The notes beneath the pieces were generated by a model. The model saw nothing but the letters and a program-made list of their open reading frames with translations, did not search any database and was not told where the DNA came from. A DNA stretch of 64,000 bases. It comes from an uncultured Candidatus Bathyarchaeia archaeon (lineage in GTDB: Archaea; Thermoproteota; Bathyarchaeia; Bathyarchaeales; DTEX01). The DNA lies in NCBI GenBank assembly GCA_964584965.1, contig CAZPBM010000025.1:6081-70080 (forward strand). Direction: 5' to 3'. The position numbers were made by a program, and so were the translations under genes. Numbering within the stretch: position 1 is the first letter of the stretch; each line of letters starts with the position of its first letter. Below, piece after piece: positions 29,104 through 38,851 of the stretch.

Positions 29104-29382
29104 TTAAATTTTAGCCACTAAATTTAATAATATTTTAACCTGTTTTTTAATTGGTAATTTACGATTGTTGTATCTCCAAACATATTCTCCCAGATAGAGC
29201 GGTAGTCTTTCTCTTCTGATACCGCCCCTAGAGACCAATTGTCTTTTAAAGTAGCCAAAGAATTCCTCCAGACCGTTGATATGGTTTTTACCCTGAACAT
29301 ATTCTTTTTTCTGATGTTCTACGGTTCGATGGACATAACCTCTGGTAGCCAAACCCGTGTAGCTCGCCATGTATCCGAAAGA
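29104..29382 (-). mobile_element. IS1595-family (ISXO2-like) transposase, C-terminal fragment only
   Basis: ...YTGLATRGYVHRTVEHQKKEYVQGKNHINGLEEFFGYFKRQLVSRGGIRRERLPLYLGEYVWRYNNR matches the C-terminal part of the ISXO2-like DDE domain. The N-terminal two-thirds is missing. The upstream part of the track ORF is antisense to the neighbouring gene. Confidence 0.6.
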
Positions 29383-29405
29383 ACCTTGGTTCCTTTTTTG
29401 ATTTT

Positions 29406-30461
29406 TTATGTTGTTTTTGTTGTTAGGCTTTTTATTCCCATCATTTGTACGATTATGCCGCCTACGAACAGTCTGACCCATAGGGTGAGGATTCGGATTA
29501 GAACCGTTGCTGCTGTGTAGATTGCGATGGTTTGTTGGGTTCCTAGCAAGGTGAACATTGTTGTAAGGAAGATTTCCATTGTTCCTAGCTCGCCTGAAAC
29601 GATTGGTATGTAGTGGATGATGGCGCTTGAAGAGTAAACGATGATGAGGGCGCTTAGAGAAATCATGTTTTCGATTGGGCCTATGGAGAGGAAGGCTAAT
29701 GCCATTATTAGGATGTCAAGAGCCACGGCGATAATGGATGAAAATACGGGTACAATGAAGCCTTTCGGGGTCTGGCGGAATACGGTGATTCCTTCATAGA
29801 ACTTGTTCATCGTTTTCACAGCTAACTCTTTTTGGTGCTCAAATTTCCAGCGTCCACGGGTAACGTTCACAAGCACATTAATTGTCCAGTTCACTATTTT
29901 TTCGGCAGCTTCTTTCTTTGCGCCAATGTAAATTACCAAACCAAACACAGCTGCGTTTAAGGTTGCTATTGTGGCTACTATCTCTAGAACCAAGGTTGGG
30001 GGGTTATTGTAGAGCATGAAATACATTGTGCTGATTAGTAACCCTAATACGGATATGAGTGTGACAAGGAGACGGTGGCACAGAACCGACGCTGCTATCT
30101 TCCCAGCATCTCCACTTTTTTCCTTTGACAACAAGTAAATTCGTAAAAAGTCGCCACTGACGGATTCTGCTGGAACAAGTATGTCAACAAAGTTTGCCAC
30201 CCAAGTGAACTGAAAAGCTTTCAAAAAAGAGGTTTTTACGGAAAGCATCTCAAGCAGTTTTTGCCACGTGAAGGCATAAAAGCCGTGGGCGAGAAAAAGA
30301 ACAGCCAACGCGAGAAAAAGATAGAACGGATTAACCTGTTGAAAAGTTTGAACCAAGTCGTTGAAGGGAACGAGAAAGTAGATATACAGTAAAAAAACGA
30401 ATATGCCAGCTGCAAAGATCGGGACAATGGACCTAAGCCTTAACTGTTTATGTTTAATCAT
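29406..30461 (-). CDS. UPF0104 / lysyl-phosphatidylglycerol-synthase-TM-like flippase-like membrane protein
   Basis: 351 aa with about 8 TM helices. The N-terminal K/R-rich segment and overall pattern are typical of this family. Confidence 0.5.
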   Translation of the reverse strand: MIKHKQLRLRSIVPIFAAGIFVFLLYIYFLVPFNDLVQTFQQVNPFYLFLALAVLFLAHGFYAFTWQKLLEMLSVKTSFLKAFQFTWVANFVDILVPAESVSGDFLRIYLLSKEKSGDAGKIAASVLCHRLLVTLISVLGLLISTMYFMLYNNPPTLVLEIVATIATLNAAVFGLVIYIGAKKEAAEKIVNWTINVLVNVTRGRWKFEHQKELAVKTMNKFYEGITVFRQTPKGFIVPVFSSIIAVALDILIMALAFLSIGPIENMISLSALIIVYSSSAIIHYIPIVSGELGTMEIFLTTMFTLLGTQQTIAIYTAATVLIRILTLWVRLFVGGIIVQMMGIKSLTTKTT

Positions 30462-30546
30462 CTGTTTTATCTCGCATTAAACGTTATATTGAGAATAAGT
30501 GCTGCAACTATTTATCATGATTTTCTAAGCAATTTGGTTAAACGCC

Positions 30547-31914
30547 TTACTCTAACGCGCCGGAGGCTAGCTCATAGCGTCCCTGTACACCCTTTATGGC
30601 ATTAGATGGCGTACGACGATACTGTTGGCCGAAAAGTGCCGAGAGTCTCTGAGCTTCTTCGGGGTTTTTGTCGATGAGGTTCACCTTTTCCTTTGAGTCT
30701 GCGTCTAGATCATAGAGTTCGTCCGGTTCACCTTCAGGACGTTGAATGTAGCTCCACTTTTTGTCCCTTATGCAACGATCCAAGCCTTCGAAATATCCAG
30801 TTATCACGGCTTTTCTATGTTTATCCGTTTCCGCGTTAAGAACTGGCAGAAAGCTTTTACCATGCATCGAATGGATATTATTTCCCAGTCCCAAAAGGTC
30901 AAGAATCGTGGGCAAAACATCGGAAAACTGAACGACTGCCTTTGACCTTCGCGCTTTTTCCCCACCTGGCAACCTAACCATAAACGGAATTTTCAGGAGC
31001 TCATTGTAAAGTCGGTCGCATCCCTTCAGGAATTTTCCGTGGTCAGCTAACGGGTGACCATGATCCGCTGTTAGAATTATGACCGAGTCGTCGTAGTATC
31101 CCAGGTTGTCAAGATTTTCAAACAGTTTACCGAGGCAGTTGTCGACAAAAGACGCTTCGCCTGCGTAAAGCCCACGAATGTGACGTATCTCATCTTCAGT
31201 TGCCCATTCAGAGGCCTTTCCTCCCATTGGAAGTATAAGCCTCTTGCCCTTGTAGTCTGGGTCGGTGTACGTGTCGAACCGTCTAGGTGGATCCCAAGGC
31301 TCATGCGGGTCAAACGAATCAAGCCACAGGAAAACCTTTTTGTGAACCCTGTTTGCTTTCAGCCATCTTACAGCTTCTTCTACGACTTTTGCTGGAAACC
31401 AATCTTCCTCGCTTGCGAAATCATCAGTGTTAGACAGGAACTGGTGAACCCGTTTTCTCCAAATCTCCGGATAGTGTTCATTCACGTAATCGTCAATGCT
31501 TCGGCGAGACAGATGCGAAGTGTACGGATCATACTCTTGTCCGCGAACCCAACGGTAAGCGTGGAAGCTCTTGTGAAAGTTTCTTCCAGGCGGCCAGTAA
31601 TGATAGTTGTCCGATATCATACCGCAAATGTATCCCTCGCGCCTAAGCATATCAGCCACGGTTACCTCATGCGGTGAAAGAGACTCCCAAGGCTTAAAGG
31701 GAAGCGTGTCTTGGCCTGTCATAATTTCGGTTCTAACAGGGATTGTTGGCAACCCGCTTGGGTACGCGTTTTCAAAAACGACGCTTTCCTTCGCAAACCT
31801 GTCAAGGTTCGGTGTTTCACAAGGCTTAACACCTTCAAAAACAGGTTTCTTTTGGTTATAGAAGCTCACGTGATCCTGTCGGAAACTATCAAGAATTATG
31901 ACTATGACGTTCAT
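30547..31914 (-). CDS. sulfatase-family (alkaline-phosphatase superfamily) hydrolase with Thr at the nucleophile position
   Basis: VIVIILDSFRQDH, TADHGH and other sulfatase-fold motifs are present. The canonical C/S-x-P-x-R site reads T-I-P-V-R (T57, 31732-31746). Confidence 0.7.
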   Translation of the reverse strand: MNVIVIILDSFRQDHVSFYNQKKPVFEGVKPCETPNLDRFAKESVVFENAYPSGLPTIPVRTEIMTGQDTLPFKPWESLSPHEVTVADMLRREGYICGMISDNYHYWPPGRNFHKSFHAYRWVRGQEYDPYTSHLSRRSIDDYVNEHYPEIWRKRVHQFLSNTDDFASEEDWFPAKVVEEAVRWLKANRVHKKVFLWLDSFDPHEPWDPPRRFDTYTDPDYKGKRLILPMGGKASEWATEDEIRHIRGLYAGEASFVDNCLGKLFENLDNLGYYDDSVIILTADHGHPLADHGKFLKGCDRLYNELLKIPFMVRLPGGEKARRSKAVVQFSDVLPTILDLLGLGNNIHSMHGKSFLPVLNAETDKHRKAVITGYFEGLDRCIRDKKWSYIQRPEGEPDELYDLDADSKEKVNLIDKNPEEAQRLSALFGQQYRRTPSNAIKGVQGRYELASGALE

Positions 31915-32360
31915 TCTGTATTTACTCCATGTTCAACGTAGTAATATGCAGTTATCCGCATCTACTCTTAAAAAAGGTTCCTAACCCACAATGAGCAGTC
32001 TTTCATCCAAAAAAGAAAATACAGCCAAAAAATCTAACCGTGACTGTACCGCTATTCAAAAAGACCATTAAAAAAGATAGAAGACCAACTTTGAACAAAC
32101 GATTCAATCTACAAAAATTTAGAAAGAAAATCCTAAAACCACACAAGACTAAATGCCGAGAAGTATTCAAAAGTCGCGGAATCCACAATTCCACAGAAAA
32201 TCCAGAGCCTATGTAAAGAAAAAGTTTCAATGTGCATAGAACAAGAACAGGTAAGATGGCCAGAAAAGCTGACCCGACTATATATACCCCCTCCCCCCTC
32301 AACAAACACAGACAACAAGCGAAAACGATTTATCCACCGGCCAAAAGATAACTTACGACC

Positions 32361-33059
32361 TTGACAATGAGAGTTTCATCAAAAACAGTAGCAGTCACAA
32401 GCATCTTCGCCTCTTTACACGCCATACTATATCTGTGGTCAGTTGACCTTTGGCGAAGCTGGAGCATATACTTAGAACCCATCGAAGGCGTAATCCTAGG
32501 CCCATACATAGGTTTCGCCTCCGCCCTTGTTGGAAGCCTAGCTGCACGGGCTGCTAAACCCACTGACCTATGGATGTTCGGCATCATCGCTGAACCAGTA
32601 GGCGTCATGACATGCGGATTTTTGATAAAGAAGCAATGGCAACCTGTCCTCGCAATCTATGGCCTAATGTTAGGAGCTTACTTCATCCACCCATTTGGAC
32701 GCCAGCTTCCACTCTGGGCAATCATGGATATACTAGTCTCGTTAGTTCTAGCCTTTCCTGTAGCGTTGCTGTGCGGCAAGCTTTCCCAAGAAGACAACAG
32801 CCTGCTGCCCCTAGTGGTTCCCCTAATTGGATTCGTCGGAACCGCAACTGACGCGTTAACAAGAATCTTCCTGCTCATCCCGCTGGACCTCTACACAGTA
32901 TTAGGATGGACTGAAGAAATGGTGTACTCAGCGTTTATCCTAGGAGCTGCAGACTCATTCGTCGAAGATATACTCGTCTTAATTGTTTCATCGCTTCTCG
33001 GAGTGCCATTAGTCGCATCACTGAGAAAAGTCCCCGAACTTAACCAACCATTAAGCTAA
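32361..33059 (+). CDS. polytopic membrane protein (ECF S-component-like)
   Basis: 232 aa with about 6 TM helices. No specific family was recognised. Confidence 0.35.
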   Translation: MTMRVSSKTVAVTSIFASLHAILYLWSVDLWRSWSIYLEPIEGVILGPYIGFASALVGSLAARAAKPTDLWMFGIIAEPVGVMTCGFLIKKQWQPVLAIYGLMLGAYFIHPFGRQLPLWAIMDILVSLVLAFPVALLCGKLSQEDNSLLPLVVPLIGFVGTATDALTRIFLLIPLDLYTVLGWTEEMVYSAFILGAADSFVEDILVLIVSSLLGVPLVASLRKVPELNQPLS

Positions 33060-33267
33060 GAAAATAGCAAAACATGTTTTTCAGAAAAAATAAATCATTG
33101 AAGAATTCGTGCTTATGACATTTATCTGTGAGTAGGCTTATAAATCGACTTATGGATGGCCGCCTAGTGCGCAACCATTTTTTGACTTTGATAGAAAACG
33201 CGTTAAACATGAGAAAAATATATGAAATGTTGACGCCATCAATCATCTAAAAAGGATGATGCCTTAA

Positions 33268-34263
33268 ATGGCTGGAATTCTTGATCCCATAACGATACGA
33301 GATGTGACTCTTAGAAATCGGCTTGTGATGCCACCTATGAGTTTAGGTCTTGCTACTAATGACGGGGCTGTAACCGAAGAATTGATTAAACATTATACTC
33401 AAAGGTCAGAAGCATTAGGATTGGTCATTATCGAACATAGTTACATAAACATTGAAGGAAAACTAAGTTCAAACCAACTGGGTATACACAACGACAACTT
33501 AATTCAAGGACTAAAAAATCTTGCAGAAAACATCCATAAAACAGGAGCGTCTGCCATTATCCAAATAAATCATGCTGGAAAATCAGCGAATCCACAAATA
33601 ACGGGAACGCAACCCGTTGCTCCTTCACCCCTAAACGGCGCAAAAGAACTAAAAGTGGATGAAATCAATAACCTAGAAAAAGCCTTTGCCTTAGCTGCGG
33701 AAAGAGCTGTTAAAGCAGATTTTGATGGAGTAGAGCTTCATGGCTGCCATGGCTTTCTATTAAACCAGTTTTTCTCACCACTCGCAAACAGACGCAATGA
33801 CATCTATGGCGGTTCCTTAGAGAACCGTATGCGGTTTCCATTGGAAGTAATCAAAGGCGTTAGACAAAAACTTGGTCACAAAATCCTTTCTTACAGATTA
33901 GGCGCAGTTGACCTTAACCCGCATGGCGTAAAAATTGAGGACTCCAAGAAGTTCGCAGTTAAAATGGAAGAGGCAGGCATCGACATAATTCATGTTTCAG
34001 GAGGCTTTTGCGGAGCAAACCCAGAACCACTTCAGAATACGCAGGGATATTTTGTTCCATATGCTAAAAAAATAAAAAAAGTCGTAAAGATTCCTGTAAT
34101 TGGTGTTGGCGGAATTAAAGACCCAGAATACGCAGATAGTATCATAAAGAAAGGAAAAGCGGATCTTGTAGCGATCGGCAGAACACTTCTCAAGGATCCA
34201 AACTGGGCAAAAGTCGCCACAGAGAAACTAAAACAGCAACTATACAATAAGGCAACAAGTTAA
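33268..34263 (+). CDS. NADH:flavin oxidoreductase (Old Yellow Enzyme family)
   Basis: LRNRLVMPPM, IQINHAGK, GVELHGCHGFLLNQFFSP..NRRNDIYGGSLENR and VIGVGGI are present. Confidence 0.8.
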   Translation: MAGILDPITIRDVTLRNRLVMPPMSLGLATNDGAVTEELIKHYTQRSEALGLVIIEHSYINIEGKLSSNQLGIHNDNLIQGLKNLAENIHKTGASAIIQINHAGKSANPQITGTQPVAPSPLNGAKELKVDEINNLEKAFALAAERAVKADFDGVELHGCHGFLLNQFFSPLANRRNDIYGGSLENRMRFPLEVIKGVRQKLGHKILSYRLGAVDLNPHGVKIEDSKKFAVKMEEAGIDIIHVSGGFCGANPEPLQNTQGYFVPYAKKIKKVVKIPVIGVGGIKDPEYADSIIKKGKADLVAIGRTLLKDPNWAKVATEKLKQQLYNKATS

Positions 34264-34383
34264 AGTGCATTAAACCTAAGGGTAACAGCTTCCTTAATCG
34301 TTTTCTTTGGTTGGTCAAAAATCCAAAATATAAGTTAGAAATAACTAGAAGTTATTTCATAAGAATAGAAGAGGTTAAAAAAG

Positions 34384-35745
34384 GTGAGTTGTGTTAAGCC
34401 ATCTGAAGCTTTTAAGGCCAAAATGGACGGTAAGGAAATACCCGTCTATGACGTTCCAGTTGCATCAATTGCCATGTTCACCTTTAAAGACGAATGCAAA
34501 ATAACAATTGAAACCAACCGTGATATAAAGTGGGTTGACATACGCCCCCTTAACCTGAACATAAAACCATCATTTCACTTCAATAAAGTTAAATTCGTAT
34601 TGAGCCAACCATGCCGAATCAGTGTTGAATTAAACCGCGATCCAACTACTCGTCCACTTTTCCTTTTCGCCAACCCGCCAGAAGAAAGAATACCTGACAA
34701 GAACGATCCAGACATCATTTATTTTGAGCCAAACAAGGTCTATGAAGCTGGCAACATACGTGTGGAAAGCGGGCAAACAGTCTACATTGACGAAGGCACA
34801 ATTGTTGAGGGTTTCATCCACTCAGAAAATGCCGAAGACATACGCATTGCTGGACGAGGCATACTTGATGGAACACGTGTTAATGAGTGGAAAAGCGAAA
34901 AGAAATGGCAAAGGCTAATACACCTTCAAGACAGCCAAAAAATCAGAATCGAAGACATAACAATTGTAAACAGCCAAACATGGCAAGTCGTGCCAATAAA
35001 CTGCAACCAAGTTAATATACAGAACGTCAAAATTGTCAGTGACAACGGAAGCGACGACGGCATAGACGTTGTAAGAAGCAAAAACGTAAACATAAGTGAA
35101 TGTTTCATCCGCACAAAAGACGATTGCATAGCAATCAAAGCGGCGTGGGATTACCCAGCTGAAAATGGGGTTGAAAAAGTAAAAGTTTCCCGTTCTGTCT
35201 TTTGGAACGGGCTTTGGGGGAACGGGCTTGAGGTCGGATTTGAACTTAGAGCAAACAGACTTTACGACATAGTTTTCGATGATTGCGACATAATTCACGT
35301 TGAACGTGGAGCAGTCTTCAGCATACACAATGGCGATTACGCAGTTGTTGACAACGTCAGATACGAAAACATCCGCGTAGAAGACGCCCGCCACAAGCTC
35401 TTTGACTTCGCCATCTTTCTTTCCAGATACAGCATAGACAGCCCAAAAGATCCAGAAGAAGTGGAACGACGCTATCTTCACGGAGCATGGGACGGAGTAC
35501 TCAGTGTACCTCAGGATCAACAAGAAAAATATGCATCAAATCGTGGACACATTAAAAACATATGGGCCAAAAACATCTCCGTAATCAACGGACCGTTTCC
35601 ATTTTCAATAATACACGGATATGACGAAAAACACATCGTTGAAAACGTATCGTTTAAGAACCTATCTGTTTACGGTCAACGCATAAAAAACGCTGAACAA
35701 GGAAAATTTACTATCCATAACGCGCAAAACATAAATTTCTTATGA
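34384..35745 (+). CDS. GH28-like right-handed beta-helix glycosidase (polygalacturonase family)
   Basis: NSQTWQV...DNGSDDGIDV...KDDCIAIKA matches the NTDGID / DDCIAIK catalytic motifs of GH28. Confidence 0.7.
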   Translation: MSCVKPSEAFKAKMDGKEIPVYDVPVASIAMFTFKDECKITIETNRDIKWVDIRPLNLNIKPSFHFNKVKFVLSQPCRISVELNRDPTTRPLFLFANPPEERIPDKNDPDIIYFEPNKVYEAGNIRVESGQTVYIDEGTIVEGFIHSENAEDIRIAGRGILDGTRVNEWKSEKKWQRLIHLQDSQKIRIEDITIVNSQTWQVVPINCNQVNIQNVKIVSDNGSDDGIDVVRSKNVNISECFIRTKDDCIAIKAAWDYPAENGVEKVKVSRSVFWNGLWGNGLEVGFELRANRLYDIVFDDCDIIHVERGAVFSIHNGDYAVVDNVRYENIRVEDARHKLFDFAIFLSRYSIDSPKDPEEVERRYLHGAWDGVLSVPQDQQEKYASNRGHIKNIWAKNISVINGPFPFSIIHGYDEKHIVENVSFKNLSVYGQRIKNAEQGKFTIHNAQNINFL

Positions 35746-35859
35746 TCAGCCATCCATTACTAACTGAAAGTCATAAATGCAAAATAAGAAACAACGTGAA
35801 CATTACCAATGTTTTGAAATTTCTAGAATATTATTCATACAATGCAGTCAATCAGCCAG

Positions 35860-36804
35860 CTATGATTTAAAACTCATCGTATTCTGCCTTGTGATGTAAA
35901 TATAGTCTTTTCCATATTCTAAACTCGGCTCAATCTCTGTGCCCTCAAACCACTCATTCCAGCTGGTAACAAGAACCCAGTCTGCCTTACTTTTTTTGGC
36001 AGCTTCCCAACACAGGTTATAATAATGACCATCAGCTCTGCTGATAAAAATCCCAGGATCTCTAACCTTCCTATCGTCGTAGCCTGGACACACCGTCGCA
36101 GCAAAAAGCCTGTCCTTATCATGAATTCTTAAGGAAGTTTTATCAAAAATTTCCGTAAAACTCAAACCACACAAAGTGATCCACACCGGATTATATGTAT
36201 GTAAACCATCCATTACATCCAAGTACTCCACATTATACGTGTCTCCGAGTAAAAAAGGCTCAAAACCATCATCACTCAATTTTCTTTTAATCACAAGCCA
36301 CTCATCTACTCTGTAATTTTCAACAATATACAACACAACAAGAGGCTTTCCATCAACGTGTATCCATTGCTCTTTGGTACCTTGTTCTGCCAACATCTTT
36401 TTCAAATCCAGATATATTCTCTCAATCGCATTCTCACGCGACAAATCTCTTTGCTTAAACGTCATTGCTGTCTCATAATAGATAGTAATGAAATTTCTAG
36501 GAGCCAAATTCATCATAGCCTCAAGAACTTTATGAGAATAACTTTCAAAACCCCACCACGAAACAATGAATCCATCGAGGTTCGCCTCTTTCGCCTCAAT
36601 AAGCTGCTTTTTTATGACAGAAGTGTCCAAGGAATCGTAGACTCCATCAAGAGGATAATGAGGAGATTTTATATTGCGTCTTCCCCCAACTATTTTATCA
36701 GAATTATGAGCCTCATCTTTCCACCCTTGCCATTGCTTCCCAGGACCCCAAGGAACGCCATACCAAGCATAATGAAAGGCCAAAACTTTCCTTTCAATAT
36801 CCAT
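35860..36804 (-). CDS. GH99-like glycoside hydrolase (endo-alpha-mannosidase-like)
   Basis: VLAFHYAWYG...W.GW...SPHYPLDGVYDSLDTSVIKKQLIEAKEANLDGFIVSWWG and the C-terminal SWNEWFEGTEIEP fit the family pattern as I recall it. Confidence 0.5.
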   Translation of the reverse strand: MDIERKVLAFHYAWYGVPWGPGKQWQGWKDEAHNSDKIVGGRRNIKSPHYPLDGVYDSLDTSVIKKQLIEAKEANLDGFIVSWWGFESYSHKVLEAMMNLAPRNFITIYYETAMTFKQRDLSRENAIERIYLDLKKMLAEQGTKEQWIHVDGKPLVVLYIVENYRVDEWLVIKRKLSDDGFEPFLLGDTYNVEYLDVMDGLHTYNPVWITLCGLSFTEIFDKTSLRIHDKDRLFAATVCPGYDDRKVRDPGIFISRADGHYYNLCWEAAKKSKADWVLVTSWNEWFEGTEIEPSLEYGKDYIYITRQNTMSFKS

Positions 36805-37091
36805 AACCTAATCCCCTAAAGCAAAGAAGATAGATAAAAATATAAAATTTTTCCCTAGAAAATGCTTTTTTGACATTTCATATCTAAAAACTAGTTGTAA
36901 CACCAAAAAATGATGGCACACATCACAACAATGATAGAAAGAAACCACGCAAAATTTTAATGCCAAATTCCCCGATACGAAACTTCCTCAACCCATAAAG
37001 TAAGGCAAAATAATGAAACCCAAAAAATGAACAATTCGGGAAAACACATACCAAAAAAGATAATTCTTATAAACCACTATGCATCTGTTCA

Positions 37092-37586
37092 ATGAAAGTC
37101 GGTGAACAAGAATTGCCTAAATGGGGATACTCCGTAATGGGCTTAGACCCAGAAACAACCGTTAAGGCCAGCGGAAGAGAGTTGAGAGCATCGCCAAAAG
37201 CAGCTGTAGAGGTTTGTGCAGCCATAAAAGGGATGAAGTTGGACGCTGCAAAAGCTTTTCTTGAACAAGTCCAACAGAAAAAAAGGTCTGTTCCTTACAG
37301 GAAACATAAAAAAACTCTTCCCCATAGGAAGGACCTTCAAAAAATCGCTGCTGGCAGATACCCCGTTAAGGCAGCACAAAAAATACTTGAGGTTCTCGAA
37401 AGTGCAGAGTCAAACGCTATGTATAAGGGCTTAGATTCAGAAAACTTGAAAATAGTTCACGCAGCAGCCTATCCCGGTATTAAAATCAAAAGGTTTATTC
37501 CAAGAGCTATGGGGAGAGCAACTCCTAAGAACAAAACCTTGTGCCATGTGGAAATTGTTTTAGCACAAGTAGGAGGAGAAGTTTAG
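37092..37586 (+). CDS. rpl22: ribosomal protein uL22
   Basis: GRELRASPKAAVEVCAAIKGMKLDAAKAFLEQV...IVHAAAYPG. It is first in the conserved operon order. Confidence 0.9.
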   Translation: MKVGEQELPKWGYSVMGLDPETTVKASGRELRASPKAAVEVCAAIKGMKLDAAKAFLEQVQQKKRSVPYRKHKKTLPHRKDLQKIAAGRYPVKAAQKILEVLESAESNAMYKGLDSENLKIVHAAAYPGIKIKRFIPRAMGRATPKNKTLCHVEIVLAQVGGEV

Positions 37587-38357
37587 GTGTCTTCCATCAG
37601 ACATTTTATTGATGAATCCATCAAAAAAACAGGCGTAGACGAATTTTTATGGAAAGAATTTGAGAAAGCAGGCTACGGAGGTGTAGACATCACAAAAACA
37701 CCTCTGGGCACAAACATCGTTGTTTACGCAATGCGTCCAGGCATAATAATCGGTCGTGGAGGCACAACAATTAAGAATCTCGCAAAGGCGCTGGAAGACA
37801 AATTTGGACTACCCAACCCTCAAGTTTCAGTCGCTGAAATCGAGGTTCCGGAATTAAACGCTCACGTTATGGCTTCACGAATCGCAACCACACTCAAACG
37901 GGGCGTCCACTTCCGCAGAGCAGGATTTTGGGCTCTTTCCCAAATAATGGAGGCAGGAGCCCTAGGTGCAGAAATAATCATAAGTGGCAAGCTCAGGACA
38001 GAACGGGCTCGAAGCGAAAAGTTTCGAGAAGGATATGTACCCAAAAGCGGAGACCCCGCAATGAAGTTCGTAAGAAGAGCAGTTGTTCACAGCCAGCTAA
38101 AACCTGGGATATTTGGGGTAAAAGTGACCATAATGCCTCTAGGTGTAGAGCTTCCAGACCAAATAAAAATACTGGAAATCGAACCTGAGCTGGAGAAACA
38201 ATTGGAGCAAGTTGAAGAAAAAATAGAAGAAGAAACTCCTGAACAAACAGAGGATACGCAGGAACTAGAAGAGGAAAAGCAGCCACACGCCGAAGTTTCC
38301 TCTGAGGACACCATCGAAGCTGATGTTGAAAGCCAAGGGGAGGAGAGCGAAGAATAG
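37587..38357 (+). CDS. rps3: ribosomal protein uS3 (acidic C-terminal extension)
   Basis: It has the KH domain GIIIGRGGTTIKNL and the expected operon position. The last ~60 aa are E/D-rich. Confidence 0.9.
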   Translation: MSSIRHFIDESIKKTGVDEFLWKEFEKAGYGGVDITKTPLGTNIVVYAMRPGIIIGRGGTTIKNLAKALEDKFGLPNPQVSVAEIEVPELNAHVMASRIATTLKRGVHFRRAGFWALSQIMEAGALGAEIIISGKLRTERARSEKFREGYVPKSGDPAMKFVRRAVVHSQLKPGIFGVKVTIMPLGVELPDQIKILEIEPELEKQLEQVEEKIEEETPEQTEDTQELEEEKQPHAEVSSEDTIEADVESQGEESEE

Positions 38358-38570
38358 ATGCCGATGAAAAGGATTCGGGAAATTAGAGAAAAATCTTCTG
38401 AAGACTTGCTTAAAAGACTAAGTGAACTAAAGACAGAACTGGTGAGAATGAGAACGATGGTTGAGGCAGGTGGCGCTGTGGAAAATTCTTCAAAAATTCG
38501 GGACATAAAGAAAACAATAGCTCGTATACAAACAGTTATCAATGAAAGAACAAGGGAGGGTAAACAATAA
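38358..38570 (+). CDS. rpl29: ribosomal protein uL29
   Basis: IREKSSEDLLKRLSELKTELVRMR matches, and the operon position is right. Confidence 0.9.
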   Translation: MPMKRIREIREKSSEDLLKRLSELKTELVRMRTMVEAGGAVENSSKIRDIKKTIARIQTVINERTREGKQ

Positions 38571-38851
38571 TGATTGTTGCAGAACCTTTTCTTCAGCACG
38601 AGCTTATAGGTCTTGAGGCTAAAGTTGTTCGCAGCTCTAATCGAAGCCAGATCGGAATACGAGGAAAAGTCCTTGATGAAACTCAAAAGACCTTAACGGT
38701 ATTGCATGGTAATAAAGAAAAACGCATCGTTAAAGAAACCTCTACTTTTCGTTTTACTTTTCCAGACAAAACAGTAATAGAGGTCGATGGTAAAGTTCTT
38801 GTTGGACGACCAGAAGACCGCGTTAAGAAAACACTAAGGAGGCGTTGGTGA
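38570..38851 (+). CDS. rnp1: RNase P protein component 1 (Rpp29/Pop4)
   Basis: It has the Sm-like core LIGLEAKVVRSSNRSQIGIRGKVLDETQKTLTV. It occupies the canonical archaeal position between uL29 and uS17. Confidence 0.85.
   Translation: MIVAEPFLQHELIGLEAKVVRSSNRSQIGIRGKVLDETQKTLTVLHGNKEKRIVKETSTFRFTFPDKTVIEVDGKVLVGRPEDRVKKTLRRRW

Noticed and set aside
31915-32360. I considered a riboswitch in the ~450-nt A-rich gap upstream of the S-component-like membrane gene.
   Set aside because: I could not find TPP, FMN or cobalamin-type conserved cores (for example CUGAGA...ACCUGAUCUGGAUAAUGCCAGCG). The region is low-complexity and A-rich without obvious helices.
34915-35523. A 202-aa minus-strand ORF.
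   Set aside because: It is antisense to the GH28-like gene, which has clear catalytic motifs.
38087-38686. A 199-aa minus-strand ORF inside the ribosomal-protein operon.
   Set aside because: It is antisense to uS3, uL29 and Rpp29, and is a Ser-rich shadow frame.
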